Positions 26,190 through 32,000 of a stretch of DNA of 32,000 nucleotides are shown here, one piece after another (the first letter of the stretch is position 1; every line of letters starts with the position of its first letter). The notes below the pieces were generated by a model, which was given only the letters and a program-made list of their open reading frames with translations, had not been told where the DNA came from and ran no database searches. Both the position numbers and the translations under genes were made by a program. This DNA comes from Candidatus Calditenuaceae archaeon HR02 (GTDB taxonomy: Archaea > Thermoproteota > Nitrososphaeria_A > Caldarchaeales > Calditenuaceae): the NCBI GenBank assembly GCA_002898395.1, contig BEHE01000004.1, positions 1 through 32,000 on the forward strand, in the 5' to 3' direction.

Positions 26190-27869
26190 ATGACAGCCGG
26201 TAGAACTAGTGGTAAAGGAAGGAGGACACTAGTTATTGCTGCCATAGTCGTCGTGATAGCTGTTATTGCAGCGGTAGGATTCATTCTCACAGGCACAACA
26301 CTAACTGGGCAGATCACCCCACCCCGCGAGAGGCTACTGAGAGTCTCTTTCGCCAATGTGCCTTACATGGATCCCGCTGTGGGCTCAGATGAGGCAAGCT
26401 CGGTATATTTCCTCAATGTCTATGACACATTAGTGTATCCCAATAAAGACGGGACGGTCAAGCCACACGGAGCAGAAAAATGGGAGGTGTCCGCGGATGG
26501 GATGGTATGGAAATTCACCTTGAGGAAGGGAATAAAGTTCCATAGCGGGCGAGAACTAAAGGCACAGGACGTTATCTTCTCCTTGAAAAGGATGATAACG
26601 ATAGGTGAGGGCTACGGCTACTTATTCAAACCATACGTCGACCTAGAAAAGACAGTGGCGCTGGACGATTATACAGTTCAGATAACCCTCACGAAGCCAT
26701 TCGGCCCATTCCTCATCACTCTAGTGCGGCTCTATATTGTCGATAGCGAACTTGTGAAGCAGCATATAGCTGAAGGCCCCTACGGCGAGATGGGAGACTA
26801 CGGTAAAAACTGGTTGATGGCAGGTGAGCAAGATGCTGGGTCAGGACCGTACAAGCTACTCGAGCATAAGAGAGGGGAGTCTGTGACTCTCGTAAAGTTT
26901 GATGGATACTGGGGTGACACCGCACCAAACTCCCCAACTAAAGTAATAATGTATGGCTTCACAGAGCCCACCACGATAAGAGCTATGATTGAGAAGAGAC
27001 AGCTGGAGGTAACTGACCAGTGGCAACCATTGGAAAACTACGACGCGATGGCCAAAATACCAGGCGTTAAGATCGCTAAAGTACCCTCAGCGATGATCTT
27101 CTACATCATGCTCCACACCCAGAAACCTCCAACAGACGACGTGCATGTCAGGAGGGCAATCACACTCGCATTCGACTATGAAACGGCCATAAAAGATATA
27201 ATGCCGTTCGAGAAGCGTCCTTCAGGCCCTGTCCCAAGCATGCTTCCGGGAGCAGATCCAACGAGAAAACCCATTGAGAGGAGTATAGCGGTTGCGAAGG
27301 AGGAGCTCATGAAATCAAAGTATTGGGGACAGCTTGACAAGTATCCTATCGAGTTCTGGTGGATTGCTGAGGTCCCGTGGGAGGAGAGGGTCGCGCTGCT
27401 TTTCAAGCTTAACATGGAGGAGATTGGGCTTAAAGTCAACGTAGTGAAGGTCCCCTGGCTCTCAGTAGTAGAGGGTATGACAAAGAAAGAAACAACGCCT
27501 AACGCAGTCTCAATATTTGTAATTGCGCACTACGCGGAAGCGGGTTCTATCCTCACGTCGCGATACCATTCTGCGGCCACTGGGACATGGGAACAAGGTG
27601 AATGGTTAATGAATCCAGAGATTGATAAAATGATAGAGGATGCGCTGGCTACGGTAGATTTTAACCAGCGGATGCAGAAGTACTATGAGATACAGAAAAA
27701 GCTTGATGAGCTGGCTCCCTCAGTATTCGTGTACGAACACGTAGTGCTTAGAGCCTACCAGGCCGACTATATCGACTACCCGGCTGCTAGGGGAGAAGTT
27801 CTTCCTATAGCCGAGTACGAGCTAGATTTCAGATGGTTCCAAGTCTTCCCAGAGAAAATGCCGAAATGA
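26190..27869 (+). CDS. ABC transporter substrate-binding protein, family 5 (peptide/nickel, DppA/OppA-like), membrane-anchored
   Basis: N-terminal TM anchor LVIAAIVVVIAVIAAVGFIL. Family-5 SBP features (FANVPYMDPA..., WKFTLRKGIKFHSGRELKAQDVIFSLKR). 559 aa. Confidence 0.9.
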   Translation: MTAGRTSGKGRRTLVIAAIVVVIAVIAAVGFILTGTTLTGQITPPRERLLRVSFANVPYMDPAVGSDEASSVYFLNVYDTLVYPNKDGTVKPHGAEKWEVSADGMVWKFTLRKGIKFHSGRELKAQDVIFSLKRMITIGEGYGYLFKPYVDLEKTVALDDYTVQITLTKPFGPFLITLVRLYIVDSELVKQHIAEGPYGEMGDYGKNWLMAGEQDAGSGPYKLLEHKRGESVTLVKFDGYWGDTAPNSPTKVIMYGFTEPTTIRAMIEKRQLEVTDQWQPLENYDAMAKIPGVKIAKVPSAMIFYIMLHTQKPPTDDVHVRRAITLAFDYETAIKDIMPFEKRPSGPVPSMLPGADPTRKPIERSIAVAKEELMKSKYWGQLDKYPIEFWWIAEVPWEERVALLFKLNMEEIGLKVNVVKVPWLSVVEGMTKKETTPNAVSIFVIAHYAEAGSILTSRYHSAATGTWEQGEWLMNPEIDKMIEDALATVDFNQRMQKYYEIQKKLDELAPSVFVYEHVVLRAYQADYIDYPAARGEVLPIAEYELDFRWFQVFPEKMPK

Positions 27870-27922
27870 TGCCATCTACCGAGTCGATATTTATCCCCGA
27901 TATTTTTGCGGGTGGTGTTTAA

Positions 27923-28666
27923 GTGGCAAGAATTTTATTCATAAACCCAGTTGGAACCTCGATATTCGACAAACCTATGAAAGACTATTTAGCGGAATAC
28001 TTAGACCCAACAACGAGACTAGATGTCGTCTCCTTTAAATCTGGTCCACACCACCTCGAATACTACTCATATGACGCATTGATGGTTCCATACATATTGA
28101 AAGAAGTCAAAAAAGCCGAAAGAGATGGATATGACGCCTGTATAATTGGCTGTTTCTACGACCCTGGATTAAGAGAGGCGCGTGAAATAAGCAACCTCGT
28201 CGTAACCGCACCACTTGAGTCATCTACATCACTGGCATTGTCCTTAGGGGATAGGTTCTCGATCATAGTAGGTAGAAAAAAGTGGATTCCGCTGATGATG
28301 AGTAGAGTCAAAGAATATGGTTTAAAGGATAGGCTTGTATCTTTTAAGGACATAGAAATGGGTGTCTATGACCTTCATAAGGATGAGAGTGAAACAGAAA
28401 AGAGGCTCATAGACTCGGTTGAAGCGAGTATCAAGGAGGGGGCGGAAGTAGTAATATTGGGTTGTACAGTCTTTTTCGGATTTTACAAGGTGGTACAAGA
28501 GAAGTTTGGGATACCAGTTATAGATCCTATCATTGCCTCGCTTAAGCATGCCGAACAATATGTTAGGCTTAAAGAACTTTGCGGCTGGGGGCATAGCAGA
28601 AAATACACTTACGAGCCGCCACCGCTATCCGAACTCCAAAAATGGGGCCTATCCGAGCTATTATGA
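27923..28666 (+). CDS. Asp/Glu/hydantoin racemase family protein
   Basis: MARILFINPVGTS..., and two candidate catalytic Cys contexts IIGCFYDPGL and VILGCT spaced about 105 aa apart, as in hydantoin/aspartate racemases. GTG start preceded by ggtggtg. Confidence 0.8.
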   Translation: MARILFINPVGTSIFDKPMKDYLAEYLDPTTRLDVVSFKSGPHHLEYYSYDALMVPYILKEVKKAERDGYDACIIGCFYDPGLREAREISNLVVTAPLESSTSLALSLGDRFSIIVGRKKWIPLMMSRVKEYGLKDRLVSFKDIEMGVYDLHKDESETEKRLIDSVEASIKEGAEVVILGCTVFFGFYKVVQEKFGIPVIDPIIASLKHAEQYVRLKELCGWGHSRKYTYEPPPLSELQKWGLSELL

Positions 28667-28706
28667 CCAGCCTTCGCAGAAATCGCCATGGGATATTGAG
28701 GCAGAT

Positions 28707-29780
28707 ATGACAAGTCAAGACCCGGAGCCGGATACAGGTCGGTCGAAAATAAGCACAAGACTATCCAATATAGTCTACAACTACTATGTAAGAAAAATAG
28801 CGTACAGCATAATAACACTATTTGGAATATCTATACTTATCTTTATAATTGCGCGCGTTTTACCAGGCGACCCCGCTAGGCTTGCACTAGGCCCTAGGGC
28901 GCCAGAAGACGTCGTAGAACAGTACAGGCAGATGCTCCACCTCCATGAACCCCTTTACATCCAGTATTTTGTATGGCTAACAGACGTCTTCCATGGCAGA
29001 CTGGGAATATCTTTAGTCACATTTAGGGATGTAACTACAGATATCATTGAGTTCCTCCCTGCTACGGTTGAGCTTATAATATTTGCACTTGTAATCGATG
29101 TAATCGGCGCGTTTAGCCTAGGGGTTTTAAGTGGCAGGAGACCTAACTCGGCTGTAGACAACTTTGTGCGCATGTTTGCTTATGCAGGAATTGCAATCCC
29201 CTCTTTTGTCTGGGCAATAATTCTACAGCTAATTCTAGCTAGCTGGCTAGGTGTACTACCTGCCTACGGACGGTTAAGCCTAGGGTACGAAGTGAAGAGG
29301 ATAACGGGGCTTGTCACACTGGATTCCCTGCTTCAGGGTAACATACCCGCATTCTTCGATGCATTAAGCCACCTAATCATACCCTCCCTTGCCCTCGCAA
29401 TAGGTACAATAGCTCAAGAGGCTAGAATTCTAAGAGCAAACTTAATAGAAAATGTAAGCAAAGACTATATTCTGAATATGTATTCTCATGGACTCCCAAC
29501 TTCTCTCGTATTTTTTAAATACGCGTTAAAGCCCTCCATGATTCCTACAGTAACTATAATGACGCTAGACATGGCGTCCCTAATAGGAAATGCATTCCTA
29601 GTCGAGTTCATATTTAATTGGCCCGGTTTGTCGAGATACGGAATAACCGCCATGTTAAGGAAGGACCTAAACGCAATAGTCGGGGTCGTACTGATAATAG
29701 GCCTTGCCTACACCCTCGCCTCCATTGTCATTGATTTGCTCATCTCGAACTTAGATCCACGCATCAAACATAAAAGGTGA
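28707..29780 (+). CDS. ABC transporter permease (DppB/OppB-like)
   Basis: YVRKIAYSIITLFGISILIFIIARVLPGDP N-terminus typical of DppB. Multiple TM segments. ATG 28707 is chosen because the ORF-track start at 28533 would overlap the racemase gene by 134 nt. Confidence 0.88.
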   Translation: MTSQDPEPDTGRSKISTRLSNIVYNYYVRKIAYSIITLFGISILIFIIARVLPGDPARLALGPRAPEDVVEQYRQMLHLHEPLYIQYFVWLTDVFHGRLGISLVTFRDVTTDIIEFLPATVELIIFALVIDVIGAFSLGVLSGRRPNSAVDNFVRMFAYAGIAIPSFVWAIILQLILASWLGVLPAYGRLSLGYEVKRITGLVTLDSLLQGNIPAFFDALSHLIIPSLALAIGTIAQEARILRANLIENVSKDYILNMYSHGLPTSLVFFKYALKPSMIPTVTIMTLDMASLIGNAFLVEFIFNWPGLSRYGITAMLRKDLNAIVGVVLIIGLAYTLASIVIDLLISNLDPRIKHKR

Positions 29781-29785
29781 GGCAA

Positions 29786-30685
29786 ATGAGTATGCCGCTC
29801 GAAGAACAGGAAAAGTATCTCGGAGTTGAGCGACGCGTTAAGAGAGAAAATCTGAGGCGGGTCTGGTTCAAATTTAAAAAAAGTAAACTTTCTCTTATTG
29901 GCTTGGGGCTCGTCAGCCTTCTACTACTCTTTGTTGTGCTGGCAGAATTTATCGCCCCATATCCCGAGCACGCCGGACTGTACATCAATTTTAAGGATGC
30001 CTATAAACCGCCAAGCATGGAGCACCTATTTGGCACTGATATGTATGGGCGAGATGTGCTAAGCCGCGTTATTTTCGGGTTCAGATACGCATTTCTGTTA
30101 ATAGGGATAGTCTTATCGCTGGTTGTGCCTACTGGTGTGGTCTTAGGCCTTATAGCCGGGTACTATAGAGGAACCATAGTAGAGACGATAATCATCAGGT
30201 TATCAGACATATTCATTTCAATACCTTATCTAGTCTTAGCCTTGGCAATCGCCTCTATACTTGAGCCTAATATATACAACGCCATGCTAGCGGTATCGTT
30301 GATGTGGTGGCCCTGGTATGTCAAACTGACCCATTCTGTAACCGCATCTCTTAGGAATGAGCCATTTATCTTGGCGGCTGAGGCGCAAGGCGCCTCCACC
30401 CTGTATATTCTCTTCCGCGAACTACTACCAAATCAGTTAGGCATAATACTTACCAAAGTTACTTTGGACGCTGGCTGGGTTGTACTCATTGGGGCCGCCA
30501 TTAGTTTCGTAGGACTCGGTGCACAGCCACCCACCCCTGATCTAGGCACAATGGTATCAGAATACAGTAAATACCTCCCAAATTATTGGTGGATGAGCAT
30601 GGGCCCCGCCCTCGGCATCATATTGATAATACTCTCATTTAATTTGCTTGGCGACGGTATTAGGGACGTATTTGCAGGTGATTAA
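29786..30685 (+). CDS. ABC transporter permease (DppC/OppC-like)
   Basis: Multi-TM protein with HLFGTDMYGRDVLSRVIFG, typical of the DppC N-terminal region. ATG 29786 is preceded by aggtgagg. GTG 29777 is the alternative start. Confidence 0.88.
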   Translation: MSMPLEEQEKYLGVERRVKRENLRRVWFKFKKSKLSLIGLGLVSLLLLFVVLAEFIAPYPEHAGLYINFKDAYKPPSMEHLFGTDMYGRDVLSRVIFGFRYAFLLIGIVLSLVVPTGVVLGLIAGYYRGTIVETIIIRLSDIFISIPYLVLALAIASILEPNIYNAMLAVSLMWWPWYVKLTHSVTASLRNEPFILAAEAQGASTLYILFRELLPNQLGIILTKVTLDAGWVVLIGAAISFVGLGAQPPTPDLGTMVSEYSKYLPNYWWMSMGPALGIILIILSFNLLGDGIRDVFAGD

Positions 30686-30687
30686 GC

Positions 30688-31656
30688 ATGTTGTTAAACA
30701 TTCAGGATCTTTATGTTCATTATAAAAGCTACTGGTATATTCACAAAGTTTTAAACGGTGTTTGGCTGAGAATGATGGAGGGGGAAAGAGTAGGAGTAAT
30801 CGGCGAGACTGGGAGCGGGAAAACAACACTCCTTAAATCCATATTAAGAATCCTTCCTCAGAATGCCGTTATACCTAATGGTATGATAAAGTTTAAGGAA
30901 ATAGACATGCTAAAAGCCGGCGAGACCGAGCTTTCGATGGTTAGAAGGCGAGAGATAGGAATGATTTTTCAAGACCCTATGGCTGCGTTGAACCCAGTAT
31001 TCAAGATTAAGGACCAATTATACGACGTTATCAGGTATAAGTTGTTCGCAGAAGGGTATAACCCTACGAAAGAGGAGTTACATGATCATGCAGTAAAGGT
31101 GTTAAATGACGTTAAACTTCCTGACTATGAGAGGGTTTTGGAGTCCTATCCCTTTCAGTTAAGCGGTGGTATGAGGCAGAGAGTGATGATTGCCATGGCA
31201 CTAATATCTGCAGGCAAACTTTTGCTCGCGGACGAGCCAACCACCAATATTGACGTTACAATTCAAGACCAGATATTAAAGCTGATTGATAGATTGGTGA
31301 AGCAGAGAGGACTTAGCACCATTCTAGTTTCGCATGCGTTGGGTATGGTTCGCCAAATGACTGATAGAGCCTATGTTCTGTATGCGGGAGACATAATGGA
31401 GGAGGCTAGGACGAGCGAGCTGTTTGACCATCCGGCTCACCCGTATACAAGCTTGCTTATTTCCAGCGCACCGAAAATAAGTACCCGTGAGATAGGTGAA
31501 GGAATTAGGGGGAAGCTACCTGACTACCGATCTCCGCCTATTGGTTGCAGATTCGCCCCTAGATGCCCCTACGCAATGGATAAATGTCACACAATAAAGC
31601 CTAAGAGAACCATTATCAATACAGACCATGCCGTGACATGTCACCTCTATGAGTGA
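30688..31656 (+). CDS. ABC transporter ATP-binding protein (DppD/OppD-like)
   Basis: Walker A GETGSGKTT, signature LSGGMRQR, Walker B LLLADEPTT, and oligopeptide-type C-terminal Cys cluster CRFAPRCPYAMDKC. Confidence 0.93.
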   Translation: MLLNIQDLYVHYKSYWYIHKVLNGVWLRMMEGERVGVIGETGSGKTTLLKSILRILPQNAVIPNGMIKFKEIDMLKAGETELSMVRRREIGMIFQDPMAALNPVFKIKDQLYDVIRYKLFAEGYNPTKEELHDHAVKVLNDVKLPDYERVLESYPFQLSGGMRQRVMIAMALISAGKLLLADEPTTNIDVTIQDQILKLIDRLVKQRGLSTILVSHALGMVRQMTDRAYVLYAGDIMEEARTSELFDHPAHPYTSLLISSAPKISTREIGEGIRGKLPDYRSPPIGCRFAPRCPYAMDKCHTIKPKRTIINTDHAVTCHLYE

Positions 31657-31666
31657 GGGTCTGGAT

Positions 31667-32000
31667 ATGTATATGGATTATATCGTATCAGTTTCTGATA
31701 TCAGAAAATACTTTACGATAAAAGAAGGAGCCGTAAAAGCCGTAGATGGTGTAAGCTTCTCAGTAAAATATGGTGAGACTCTTGCACTTGTAGGCGAGTC
31801 AGGCTCAGGGAAGACGACCACTGGGCATGTGATAATGGGTTTCTATCCGCCTGATAGTGGAAAAATACTCTACAAAGGAACGTACGACCTATCAATTCCA
31901 ATCAAGAAGCGTAGCCTTGAGTTAAAAAGAGAGATTCAGATAGTTTTCCAAGACCCAGGAACATCACTTAATCCCAAGCACACCGTCAAGGACATCGTTG
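31667..32000 (+). CDS. ABC transporter ATP-binding protein (DppF/OppF-like), 3'-truncated by the window edge
   Basis: Hand translation gives MYMDYIVSVSDIRKYFTIKEGAVKAVDGVSFSVKYGETLALVGESGSGKTTTGHVIMGFY...IQIVFQDPGTSLNPKHTV. It is absent from the ORF track because no stop is reached. Confidence 0.9.
   Translation, partial: MYMDYIVSVSDIRKYFTIKEGAVKAVDGVSFSVKYGETLALVGESGSGKTTTGHVIMGFYPPDSGKILYKGTYDLSIPIKKRSLELKREIQIVFQDPGTSLNPKHTVKDIV

Noticed and set aside
1-32000. Search for CRISPR arrays, tRNA and rRNA genes
   Set aside because: Outside 1-703 and 1505-1765, only one spacer between adjacent supported genes exceeds about 110 nt, and that is the 236-nt divergent spacer at 25954-26189. None contains T-loop-like GTTCRANNC motifs with cloverleaf potential or regularly spaced repeats. 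None was called.

Overview
Dense archaeal chromosomal segment, probably from a TACK/Crenarchaeota-like genome. It encodes archaeal/eukaryotic-type housekeeping genes: stalk proteins P0 and P1, AlaRS, Pelota, archaeal DnaG, FEN1, Cdc48, Trm5, a GTPBP1-like GTPase and A-type ATPase subunit C. TATA-like boxes sit about 25-30 nt upstream of many start codons, which implies mostly leaderless mRNAs. Several genes use GTG/TTG starts, and many genes abut or overlap. I support 30 protein-coding genes. I found no rRNA, tRNA or CRISPR array. The window has three zones. (i) 1-1765 is a non-housekeeping left edge. It holds a broken IS6-like transposase tail, ORF-poor DNA, a possible 45-codon zinc-ribbon micro-ORF and a compact 266-aa IS110-like recombinase ORF. 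About 12 nt after that ORF's stop lies a ~160-nt element of nested perfect stems. (ii) 1766-25953 is core housekeeping. (iii) From about 26000 to 32000 there is a visibly lower-GC Dpp/Opp-type ABC transporter operon with an embedded Asp/Glu/hydantoin-type racemase, divergent from an FAD oxidoreductase. The best candidate for something undescribed is the compact IS110-like recombinase together with the adjacent structured element, which could be a bridge/seek-type guide RNA in an archaeal context. Second is a stalk protein P0 that lacks the conserved acidic C-terminal tail and whose 3' end reads into antisense alaS, in a rearranged r-protein cluster. All protein calls rest on motif recognition and by-eye alignment from memory. 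No database search or folding program was run.
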